Source: Octopus sinensis
Lineage: Eukaryota
Direction: 5' to 3'
Length of the DNA: 64,000 nucleotides
Assembly: GCF_006345805.1 (NCBI RefSeq)
Contig: NC_043006.1
Span: 15,252,001-15,316,000, forward strand
Made by a program: the position numbers and the translations under genes. Each line of letters begins with the position of its first letter. Position 1 is the first letter of the stretch. Of the stretch, positions 26,186 to 38,466 are shown one piece after another. The notes beneath the pieces were generated by a model, which was not told the origin of the DNA, searched no databases, and saw only the letters and a program-made list of their open reading frames with translations.

Positions 26186-28154
26186 GTAAGCTGATACCTG
26201 CCCTGAGGGCAAAATACTTCCAAGCTTTATACTTCATTCAGTACAATGCTCCATATTTAAAGTTTTCTTTTCGGAAACAAAGTTTGTCAAAGATTGTGAT
26301 TTGTTATATTTTGTCATTGTTTGTTATATTTGAAATACGCACATGTCCGCGGTGATGGCAGTGGCGAGGCGGCGACGGTGGTGGTGGTGGTGGTGGTGGT
26401 TTCGGTGGTGATGATTGTGGAGAGACGGAGTGGTGGAGGTGGTCGTCATCATCATAGTATTTGTTGTTGACAAACGTGCCAGTTATACTATTTCGTCTGT
26501 GGAAATGCCATTTCTTCTTTTCATCTTTTGTCATTTCCGTTCATTAATAATTTTTTCATATTCTTTCGTTTAATTGTTCTTTTGCTTCGTTCAATGTAAT
26601 TTCTTTTAGCCGTGCATCCCGAGAAAGATGCCTTTTGTTTTACCTTTGAGTTAAAAGATGAAAAAAAAAAAAAAAAAAGAAAAAAACTTCATTAAAGGGT
26701 AGAAATTCTAAAGTATCTTATAGAGGTCTCTGAGTGAAATAATATCCGAATTAATTTTTTTCATTCTAATTTGAGATAAAACAATAATTCACAGAAGAAA
26801 ATTTCAGAACTTTTGAATGATATGAGCAGCAAAACAATAACAGTAATTCTTTCTGACTTGGCATAAAACCAGTTAGTTTTGAAAGGAAGGGGTGCAAGGT
26901 AATTACATCAGTCCCAGTACTTGACTGCTGTGTTAGTCTGTCGACAGTGAAAAGATGAAAGACACGAAGTGACCTGCATCGACATCTGTGGAAATGTGGG
27001 TAACGGTACGCGATAGAGTAGGAATTGCTGTTGTTGTTACTGACTCTGTTGTTCCCCTTCTCCGTCCTTTCTTTTCCAGTTTCTACAGTTTCTCAGGGCA
27101 AAATACACTTACATGACCATTGCTTTCACATGTGTAGGAACTAGGTCTTTTATACTGCACTATAGTCCGTTTCGACTCCTTATGCAAAACTGACATTAAG
27201 CCAGTGGTTAACATCTTTGCTCATGTTTATGTCGCTCTTGTATTTAACAGCCTCCAAATACTACGAAACAAAAATATGACCAGACTTGTGCTTCAACGTT
27301 TCTGACAGTCTTGGCATGTTTTCAGTTTCATACCTTTGTAGTTTATTTAACAAATAACCTTCATAAAAAGAACAAACTTTCTAACACTTGTATGAGTTGG
27401 CTTCCAAACTCTCCGAGGCTTTGAGCCAGGGTGTGCTAGGTGCCATGTATACGTTGTAGCGACTGGAGGCATAAGAACCGGCAGACTGTTTGCGAGGAAA
27501 TTCTGTAGAACACTATTGCGTATTGTAAACGTTCATTGTTTTCTTCTGTCTATCTTCAAGTCTAAAATCTAGCTGAGGAGTTTAATTACTATTCTTTTAG
27601 TTTTGTTTTCTTTGGTAGCATATTGCTTTGTTCATTGTCAAATTTCTTTTGGGGGTGGTGGTGGGTGTGGCATGGCTCGGAATTCTCGCAACCAGTTTTC
27701 TAAAACGAAGGGAAGAGAAAGCATATACTATTTGTCTGAAGACAAACAGATCTTATTGATAATGGCTTCTGATTTAGGTACAAGGTTGAATTTTGAAGGA
27801 AAATTGTTTGTCGATACCATCAACTCTAGTACTTGATTAGTACTCTATTTCGACGGGAAAGAAAGGCAAAGTTGACCTTGACAGAATTTGAACTCAGATC
27901 ATAGTGTGGAAAGAAATGTAGCAAGCCCTTGTCTCCGACACTCTAACAGTTCAGCCAGCTCATCACTTCGTTTGTCAATAAAAGTAGTTGTTTCTTAAAA
28001 CAAATAAGCATTACAGAGCTCGAATCAACATTACTCTTACTCTCTAATCAAGAAGTTAAGAATTAAGTATCGGCTATTCATATATCTTGCACACAAATTC
28101 ACTTCTGGTTATAGGCAATAGTATTTAGTAACGAACATACAAATATCTGATATA

Positions 28155-28762
28155 AATACCTATTTCTTTACTGCCCACAAGGGGCTACAAACAGAGGGGA
28201 CGAACAAGGACAGACAAACGGATTAAGTCGATTATATCGACCCCAGGGAGCAGCTGGTACTTAATTTATCGACCCCGAAAGGATGAAAGGCAAAGTTGAC
28301 CTCGGCGGAATTTGAACTCAGAACGTAGCGGCAGACGAAATACCTATTTCTTTACTACCCACTAGGGGCTAAACACAGAGAGGACAAACAAGGACAGGCA
28401 AGCGGATTAAGTCGATTATATCGACCCCAGTGCGTAACTGGTACTTATTTAATCGACCCCGAAAGGATGAAAGGCAAAGTCGACCTCGGCGGAATTTGAA
28501 CTCAGAACGTAGCGGCAGACGAAATACCTATTTCTTTACTACCCACAAGGGGCTAAACACAGAGAGGACAAACAAGGACAGGCAAGCGGATTAAGTCGAT
28601 TATATCGACCCCAGTGCGTAACTGGTACTTATTTAATCGACCCCGAAAGGATGAAAGGCAAAGTCGACCTCGGTGGAATTTGAACTCAGAACGTAACGGT
28701 AGACGAATTACGGCTACTCATTTCGCCCGGCGTGCTAACGTTTCCGCCAGCTCGCCGCCTTA
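28155..28762 (-). mobile_element. SINE family B head-to-tail trimer
   Basis: CCTATTTC at 28159, 28343 and 28527 (184-bp period); head at the right end. Confidence 0.9.
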
Positions 28763-29199
28763 CTGATATAAATAACTATAGCCATCATAATTCTGTGCGC
28801 GTGTATTTGTGTGAGTGCGTGTTTGTGTACGCTTGTGTGTGTGCATATAATTTAGTTGAAATTCAGTATTCAGTGACTGATATGATGTTGATCAAACCAG
28901 TCAGATTGGCTAATAATTTCCGATGCTTCTTAGACGCAGCCAACATTTCCATTATCACATAATCTCTCAAGATGACTGTATTCTAGCGATTTAACGATCA
29001 GTATAAATCAAGATATGAACCAAAACTTAAAATATTGTGGGCTTTAATTAAGCTAATGTTATATAATTATTTGATAAGATTAAATGTTCTCTCAGGCCCT
29101 AATACCTTTTCTATTTATCTTAATTATTCTACAGCACAATAAGAAAAATGCCCCAAATAAAACAAAAATACTTATTGACGGTGTAATCATGGATTTGGT

Positions 29200-29790
29200 C
29201 CAGATAGTGACATTTTAAAAGTCTCCCAGCTTGAAAAATAAATTGAGTCTATCAGTCAAAGCTGCGGCTGTATTCCAGAGAATGCACACTTTATGGTTCT
29301 CCAATACCGCCAGCTTACATAAAAAGATCCGGCTCTGTGATAGCATAGTTTTACCAACAATTCTCTATACTAGTAAAATATGGAAGAGCATCATGAAAAT
29401 CAATAGACAATTAGATGTGTTGCACCAAAGGTGCTTGTAAAGGATTATGGGAACGTACTGGTAAAACCACGTAACTAATGAATAGATTCTAAAGTGAACC
29501 AACTCAAGGTCACTTAGCGAAATCATCACAGAACGAAGATCAAAACTACTCGGTCACATATTTCGGTTACCAGAAGAACACAATTCTAAAACATCTTTCA
29601 AATGGATATCACCGGAAGAAAAAAAAAAGAAATAGTGGAAGACCGGAAACTACATGGCACAGAACATTTATAACCGACCCGATAGAGACTAACATCATGT
29701 GGCCGGATTTAGGGAAAAGTGCAAACCAATAGAAACCATCGGTGTCATATTGCTGCCCAATGTGATCGAGAAGGGTAACTGATACTAATA
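29200..29790 (+). mobile_element. Decayed RTE-clade LINE 3' end
   Basis: Translation AAAVFQRMHTLW..KIRLCDSIVLPTILY..LDVLHQRCL..HVTNE..LLGHIFRLP with several stops. Confidence 0.7.
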
Positions 29791-31154
29791 GGGATCATTC
29801 AATTATAATCGGTAACGTTAAAACAATAAATATGATAAAACCACTAATTTCGTAGGAAGGAAAGTGGTTATAGAATATAGGTTGTGACAAGGGCGTACGT
29901 GTAGGATCCCGGCTGGCTACCACATCGAATAAAAAACAAACAAACAAAAAGCAAAACAAAAATAATCTCAATGGGAGGTTAAAGGGCGATCAGCAAAGAT
30001 GACAAATGAAAAGAACAAAGTCTCTCACTGCATTAGGTTTCAGGATAATGACAAATATGTCTCAATTAAACCAAGCCAAGCTAAATAGTTATTTTACAAG
30101 GATCTGATGACTGAAATCCGCCCAAGCAGGATTTGAGCTTAAATCTACAAGAGACAAAACTAAATATTGCTTTCAATTTTTGGCAGAAGACCAGAAATTT
30201 TTGGGGAGTAGAAGACGATTACATAGACCCCAATGCTCAGCTGGTACTTATTTCATAGAGTATCATAGAAGTGAACGAGGAGAGGATTTAGTCGTTGGCT
30301 TCACTAACCGCAACCCTTCAAAATTACTGACTTTGTGATTATATTAGTTTCAAATTTTGGCGCAAGGCTAGCAATTTTGGGGTAGTGGAAAAGAATGAAA
30401 GGCAAAGCCGGCCTCGGTACAGTTTGAACTCAGAATGTAAAGACGGACGAAATGTAGTAAAGCATTTTTCCCTTCGTGCTAACGGTTCTGCTTGTTCACC
30501 ACTTTCAAATAAGTAAATACTATACAGCATTTTGTCCACTGCTCTACTGCTTCTATCAGTACACTGCCCTCTAATAAAAGGCCAGAAATCTCGGAGGCGG
30601 AGGGAATTTTAGTCGATTAAATCACCCCTAGTAGTGTGGCTATTTTATTTGATTGAACATGGAGAGATAAAAGAACAAGTCGATCTCGGCAGGATTAGAT
30701 TTCGGTGAGTAAAGAGCTGGAAATACCGTTAGACATTTTCTCAGGAATTCAAATGGTTCCGCTAATACACCATCCACTATTGTTGTTAATGTAGGCACAA
30801 GGCCTAAAACTTTTGGAGAGGGAGTTAGGCGATTACACCAACTACCAGTGCTCGCCTGGTACACACTTTTATGGGTACAAGAGGGATGAAAGGTAAAGGT
30901 GACCTCGGCTGAATTTGGACTCAGAACATAAGGAGTTGGAACATATACTACATGGCATTTTCTCCGATGCTTTTTTTTCTCAATAATTGTTATCTTGGAC
31001 TCTAAAAACAGATTTATGCAGAGCCAAAGCGCAAGACATACACATACACAGAGAATACCGAACATAGCGTTGCTAGAAAACCACCGAAACACAGAAATGC
31101 TGCATGCACCCAAGTCACACGTCGATGCGATTCGTTGAGCCAATCCACCTCCAT

Positions 31155-31750
31155 TCGAGCTGGCAGAATCGTTAGCATGCCGGGCGAAATACTTAGTGGT
31201 AATTCGTCTGCCGCTACGTTCTGAGTTCAAATTCTGCCGAGGTCGACTTTGCCTTTCATCCTTTCGGGGTCGATTAAATAAGTACCATTTACGCAGTGGG
31301 GTCGGTGTAATCGACTTAATACCTTTGACTGTCCTTGTTTGTCCCCTCTGTGTTTAGCCCCTTGTGGGTAATAAATAAATAGGTAATTTGTCTGCCGCTA
31401 TGTTCTGAGTTCAAATTCCGCCGAGGTCGACTTTGCCTTTCATCCTTTCGGGGTCGATTAAATAAGTACCATTTACGCAGTGGGGTCGGTGTAATCGACT
31501 TAATACCTTTGACTGTCCTTGTTTGTCCCCTCTGTGTTTAGCCCCTTGTGGGTAATAAATAAATAGGTAATTTGTCTGCCGCTATGTTCTGAGTTCAAAT
31601 TCCGCCGAGGTCGACTTTGCCTTTCATCCTTTCGGGGTCGATTAAATAAGTACCATTTACGCAGTGGGGTCGGTGTAATCGACTTAATACCTATGTCTGT
31701 CCTTGTTTGTCCCCTCTGTGTTTAGCCCTTTGTGGGCAATAAAGAAATAA
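31155..31750 (+). mobile_element. SINE family B head-to-tail trimer
   Basis: Head at left; TAGGT junctions at 31380 and 31564 (184-bp period). Confidence 0.9.
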
Positions 31751-32939
31751 TTAATAATAAGTTTGAGCTGGATGCAGTATATTATTGGTACATATTTTAT
31801 CTGCGATTGAATCAACTTCTCTGCTACATTAACAACTACTATTATTAATATAAATGTCAACAGCAATCATTATATCAATACAGAAATCCATCATATGAAA
31901 TAGAAATCCTCAGAGAAGGCGAAAAGATTTGCGATGTTGACTCCTTTCTTAAGGAACCAAAGTGATTTAAGCGAACTGATATTTTCATAAATGAGATTAC
32001 TGCTTGTGAATGCAGTTAGCTGCGAACTACAAAATTAATTTCTTCACAAACGCCATACCTCACATAGATAAAGGTGAAAATATGTTATGTTAAGTAATCA
32101 CAGAATGACGTCTTAGCGATGTTAGTTAAGTAAGTCTATCCAGAGATTTAGAACTGAATAGCATTTTGATCTGTCGACAGTTGACCTTTGTAATAAGGCA
32201 ATAAAGACTTATTCATTTTAAAGGCATAAATATTTTTCAATGAATAACATTTCTTTCCCATAATTGTGATAGATATAATTAACAGATTAACACCTATTGG
32301 GTATCACCGCCGCGGGTCGATGAGTCGACTAGTCAGTAGCTTACAACTAGCGCATTCTACCTATCAATAAATAAGAAGGTGACTTTGAACCAGGTTGTCT
32401 TAGGTGCCATGTATACGTTGTAGCGATTGGAGGCATAAGAACCGGTAGGTTGGTATCGTAATGAATTAGCGAGTCGCTTTAATGTATACTAAACAGACAT
32501 CTTATTGAATACTAACGAAGAGAATTTACTTATAAATACTAAACTCCATGCTATGTTAAAGATTCTTCACAAAGAGGAAGCTAAAATAATTAACGAATAT
32601 TTGTTATGCAATGAAGAATATATATATATATATATATATTCCTGAAACATGAATGTGGATAGGCTAATCGCCGTTGTATTTCCTTTCTGGACACCAACTT
32701 CTCCCATGTGACGATGTGTTGACAACACACTTGATTCAGTGACGTAGGATGCACTTTGAAACATCATTGTTTTTCTCCAGTCAAAACTAACCCCGGATCA
32801 CTGGATCTAAAAGAGAATTCCATCGATTGCCTCCTTTGATAGGTCTAACTGGGAACTCGTAATACACAATGCCCTTCTAATCCCACCATATATTGTATAT
32901 ATATTTACATCTTTTGATATCGAAGAGATTATACATACA

Positions 32940-33016
<77 letters not shown>

Positions 33017-33041
33017 CATATATATATATATACATATATAT

Positions 33042-33259
33042 GATGGGCCCGGTTTCCCGGTTTCAATGGCGTATGTGTTCCCCAGCTGGACGGGGCGCCA
33101 GTCCATCGCAGCGTTTCTCATTTTTGCCAGCTGAGTGGACTGGAGCAACGTGAAATGAAGTGTTTTGCTCAAGAGCACAACGCGTCGCCCGGTCCAGGAA
33201 TCGAAACCACAATCTTAGGACCATGATGCTGACACCCTAACCACTAAGCCAGGCGCCTC

Positions 33260-33260
<1 letters not shown>
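33042..33260 (-). mobile_element. SINE family D
   Basis: Homologous to 7218-7440; flanked by microsatellites. Confidence 0.85.
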
Positions 33261-33318
<58 letters not shown>

Positions 33319-33433
33319 GGTAAATGAAAGACGGAAGATGGAAGATACGAGAATTTTTATTAATCACGACAACCGTTTCGACGCATCTGTCTTGTGTTAG
33401 ATTTAATTGACAATGTCCTTTTCACTGTAATTA

Positions 33434-34713
33434 ATGAAGGAGTGTCAAAAATTATACGCAGTCTTGTTTTTTCAAAGCATTTAAACAAAAGCAGGGGACA
33501 TACAAGTACGTCATTTTTCTATATAGTCTCTTTCCTTTTCGATGCACTTGGTCCAGTGGTCCACAAGCTTGCGCATTCCCTCCAAGAAGAAGGTTTTCGG
33601 TTGGTCCTGCAAGCATTTATATACTGCTTTCTTCACATCTTCTTCCGTACGAAATCGACGACTTCATAAACTATCATATTTTTGAGTGGTCCAAAAATAT
33701 GATAGTCGGAAGGGACGAGATCTGGACTGTAGGAAGAGTGTTCCAGCATCTCGGAACGCACTTGGTTAGTGGTTTCAACAGTCTGGACGGCCGTGTGTGG
33801 GCGTGCATTGTCAGGCAACAACAAAAATTTCTTCGGCAATAGGCTTCGGCGCTTGGTGCGAATTGCTGGCTTCAGTCTCTTAGCCATCAAAGCACTATAT
33901 CTTGCACTGTTGATCGTACACCTGTTTTCCAGGTAGTATTCCAGTATAGACCTTTTTCAGTATAAAATAAAAAGGGTTAGCATGACCTTTCCCGCAGAAG
34001 ACAGTCTTGAATTTCTTCATCGCTGGCGAGCCAGGATGTTTTCCCTCTATACTCTGTCTTATGGATTCCGCTTCGTAATGATGGACCCACGTTTCATGTT
34101 CTGTGACTATTCTGCCCCCAAATTCCTCGCCCTCATTGTTGTATCGATTGAGTAAATGTTGGCAGACGTCAAGACGTTTGCGCTTGTGCTCTGCAGTAAG
34201 CTCTCTTGGCACACATCTTTCACAGACTTTATGGAAGCCGAGATCCTCGTGGATATTTTGATAGGCTGAATCATGACTAATCTGCAGAGTAAGAGCTACC
34301 TTAACGATAATAACTCGCCGGTTCACCATTACCATCTTGCTTGCTGAATCTTCTCGTCAGTGGTGAATGTTGACGGGCGTACTGCGCTCTCTTCGTACGT
34401 TACGCTTGTCCGGCCGCTTTTAAACTTCTCAATCCACTCACACACACTTCTACGCGATGGTGCACTCTTCTCGTATTGAGCCTCGTATTGAGCACCTGAC
34501 ACACCTTCCGAACTGAAAAATCGGATCAGTACTCTTTGTTTTTCTTCGGTGCACATTGTGGAGCGGCAATGCTTACACTGTAAAGCCAGAAAGAAAAATG
34601 GCGCAATCACGTGACCACAATAGTACCAAATATAAGCACGCATGCGCAGAAGGCAGTGTAACAATAATAAAGATGTGTTATGGCGAAAGTGCGGATAATT
34701 CTTGATTTTCCCT

Positions 34714-34715
<2 letters not shown>
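33434..34715 (-). mobile_element. Mariner (Tc1/mariner) transposon, defective
   Basis: Fragmented transposase with CVPREL (WVPxEL), HETWVHHY, DNARPH and YSPDLVPSDY; 5' TIR ends at 34715 next to TA, degenerate opposite TIR near 33434; about 1.28 kb. Confidence 0.9.
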
Positions 34716-34761
<46 letters not shown>

Positions 34762-34783
34762 CATTCATACATATTTATATAGA

Positions 34784-34942
34784 CCGTATTTTAACGCGTA
34801 TAAGTAACCCATTTTTGTCAAAAATTAGGTTAAAAATATGTGAGTTTCTTATACATGGATAGTATTATAATCCCTTACAAAACCATTTTCCAAATTTTAG
34901 CCCCCACCAATTAGGGGGTTCCTTATACACGTTAAAATACGG
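34784..34942. mobile_element. Tc1/mariner-superfamily MITE (CCGTA termini)
   Basis: TIRs CCGTATTTTAACGCGTATAAG / CTTATACACGTTAAAATACGG followed by TA. Confidence 0.85.
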
Positions 34943-35599
34943 TATATACATTTATATATATATATATATATACCCATATATGCATACATACATGCATAAT
35001 ACATACATACACACACTTACATGAATAGCCATTATCAACTACATATTCTTCATGAAAATGATTTGTGCATTTGCCGGTAGGCTGTGCTATAGCGTGGTGG
35101 AGAATACTCTCTCAAATCCCCGGTGGGAGAGTATTCTTTACAAGGCGCAGACGCAGCTTACCGGCAAATACACTTACAGTGTACGTTAAGTATATGTGGT
35201 TGATATTTATTACACTAGCGTTGTTTCTGTTTCATGTTTGGGGCGGTACGTCTGTCAGACGGTAGCGCAGGTGCCCCAAGGTGAGGTCAGCGTGAATGGA
35301 AGCCACACATCGAGCAAAAGGGCGAAAGCATGCTCGATCTCGATTTCCAGTTTATGTATGTATGTATGTATGTATGTATGTATGTATCTATGTATGCGTG
35401 TGTGTGTATGTATGTATGTATGTATGTATATGTGTGCCTGTGTCTGTGTGTGTGTGCATAACCCTAACATGCCCAAATGATGTACAGGTTCACTTCACAA
35501 CTACTTGATGTTCTCTTGTTGAAGATAACAGACAGTGGAATGAGAGTTAAATTGAATCTCTAAGTCATAAGGTTCGTCGTACAAGTGTGATTCTTATTC

Positions 35600-35614
35600 T
35601 GCATCATGTATGCA

Positions 35615-35694
<80 letters not shown>

Positions 35695-35701
35695 ATATAT
35701 G

Positions 35702-35776
<75 letters not shown>

Positions 35777-35844
35777 GTATATATATATATAGAGAGAGAC
35801 TTAGTAATTTTAAAATTTCTATTATATATATATATATATGTATT

Positions 35845-35939
<95 letters not shown>

Positions 35940-35940
35940 A

Positions 35941-36030
<90 letters not shown>
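35600..36030. repeat. Long (TA)n microsatellite
   Basis: Directly visible. Confidence 0.95.
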
Positions 36031-36031
<1 letters not shown>

Positions 36032-36288
36032 GGGAGACGCAATGGCCCATTGGTTAGGGCAGCGGACTCGCGGTCGTAGGATCGTGGTTTCGATTCCCAG
36101 CCCGGACGTTGTGAGTGTTTATTGAGCGAAAACACCTAAAGCTCCACTTTCTCTCTCTCTTTCTTCTGTTGGCCTGCTCGCTTAGCCAGCGGGGTGGCGT
36201 CATTTGAAGGCTAAAAGAATGAGAAGCGCATTGTGACCAGCGATGTGTAGCAACATCTGATAGTGGTCGGCCTCGGTGATCACGGGGA
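36031..36288 (+). mobile_element. SINE family C' (internal deletion) within (TA)n
   Basis: Family C head, then tail CTGCTCGCTTAGCCAGCGGGGTGGCGTCATTTGAAGGC..GTGATCACGG; (TA)n on both sides. Confidence 0.85.
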
Positions 36289-36549
36289 TATATATATATA
36301 TATATATATAAGTACCAGTGAAACACTGGGCTAGATGTAATTGACTAGTCCCCTCCCCAAATTGCTGCCCTTGTGCAAAAATTTGAAATTATTATTATTA
36401 TTATTATTAAGACTATATAGGACCGAGGTAACTCATCCAGAAGTTATACACAAATATATAGAAGAAATTGGTTGAATGATATTTCGGCACCTAGAATGTC
36501 GTATTGAAAGAACGCTTTAATAACGTCAACGACGCCTTATTTAGTCTTG

Positions 36550-36880
36550 TGCATGGCTCAGTGGTTAGAGCGTCGAGCTTACGATCGTGAGGTTGTAAGC
36601 TCGAATCCCGGACGGGGCTGCGTGTTGTGTTCTTGAGCAAGGCACTTTATTTCACGTTGCTCCAGTTCACTCAGCTGTAGAAATGAGTTGCGACGTCACA
36701 GGTGCCAAGCTGTATCGGCCCTTGCCTTTCCCTTGGACAACATCGGTGACGTGGAGAGGGGAGGCCGGTATGCATGGGCGACTGCTGGTCTTCCATAAAA
36801 ACAACCTTGCCCAGACTTGTGCCTCAGAGGGTATCTCTCTAGGTGCAAACCCATGGTCAGTGCCTGACCGAAGGGGGTCT
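36550..36880 (+). mobile_element. SINE family E
   Basis: Homologous to 20667-21002. Confidence 0.85.
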
Positions 36881-38466
36881 TTACCTTTACCTCTTAGATT
36901 GTGATTTGTGAATGCAGTTATTCAACAATAAAATACTTGGAACGGAAATGAACTTCACGAATTTCACTTCCTTTTAATATGGATGATGTATATGTTTAAA
37001 TATAAAATCAAGTTTATGCGTGTATTTTCATCCATTTTATGCACTATACAATATACGTGGTCGCTGCCGCCGAGTATTGATGCCACCGATTCTATTTCCC
37101 CTGCTACTACTACTACTACCCTTTCTATTTCCGCTACCCGCACTACAACCAATATGACCGGTATCTGAATGGGCCGATTGTTTTTTGATTGTTTACTTGC
37201 GATGATTATATTTTGTGTCTGAAATACGGTTATTGCATTTATTGCTCTTTCCATAAGAAACTCGCCAATTTTTACTCATTCAGATTCTTTATCACAATGC
37301 TTCAAACAAGCTACAACGCTTTTTATACAATACGAGTAAAACGACCCCCGTACAATGGACGGTGCTGACTTATGAAACATTTAAACCAAATTTTCTCAAA
37401 ACAACTTGTCAGACCGTCCCATAAGCCTCCCCTTTGAGAAACACTGGTTTAACCTAAATTTGAGACACCAGCAAAAGAAGAAATAAAGTTAGACTTTCTT
37501 TCTATTCCAAGAAAAACGATTTTACAATTGCACGATCCCACGGCTTTATCGATCGCATTCTTACCTGGAATCGATTTTTGAAATTTTGTCAAGACTTATA
37601 CACGCCCTGATATCGTCGGTATCTACATATCAAATTTGAGCGCAATTGGATGGAGGATGCCCGCGATACTAGAAGACACACACAGACAGACAGAACGGAT
37701 TTTGTATAAGAGATGTTTTAGAATCAGTGAGTGTTCCGCATTCTGCACTCCATTGGCAAAAACAGAAAGATCATATATCTTGGAATATGTACGTATATTT
37801 GTGTATGTGTATGTATGGAAACATTATACCAGACCAATCATATCATGTTACGATGATAGCATCCTTTTGTTATATGGAAAATGTTGCTTTTGATGAGTCA
37901 AATAATGCTTAAATCAGGACAAAGTGCTTATATGAATTACGAATAATTTCAAGAACAAACAGCATTGTTTTCAATCATATGTGAACCTGAACTCAAAATC
38001 TCAAGATTTTAATCCGCGTATTTATAATAAAGTGTTTGGAAATGAATTTCTTTTCCACATTTTATTTGATTATATAATGTCATAGAATTTGTTTAATTGA
38101 TTTGCATCTACCAGTATAATCACACTCAAACTGACTGAATTTATAAAGTCTCGAATTCAGAACTTTCGAATCTTCTCAAAATACCGTGGGAATCAATTTT
38201 TCTCGTTATAAGTAGATTTTTCTTGACAATTTCCTGAAGACCATTATTATTTTTTTGTGAATTCCTATCAAGAACATGGTAAAGCCATACGAACTTGCTG
38301 TGCGTTGTAGGTGGACTTTTAAATCTCGACAATTATGCTTTGATGACCAGTAACGTACTCCAGTGTATCGGTGGTCTTGAGTCATATAGCGAAGAAGACC
38401 ACATATATAATTAAATACATACCAACAACAACACATATTATTGTATTTTTAAATAAAAGCTGCGCT

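Noticed and set aside
28155-28762. SINE B arrays as CRISPR, retrozyme or back-spliced circle
   Set aside because: Eukaryotic context with no unique spacers; no CUGANGA core on either strand; the junction fits GGTAT microhomology better than splice-site joining.
30104-30140. CTGATGA-CT-GAAA hammerhead-like core
   Set aside because: No stem II and no stem I complementarity.
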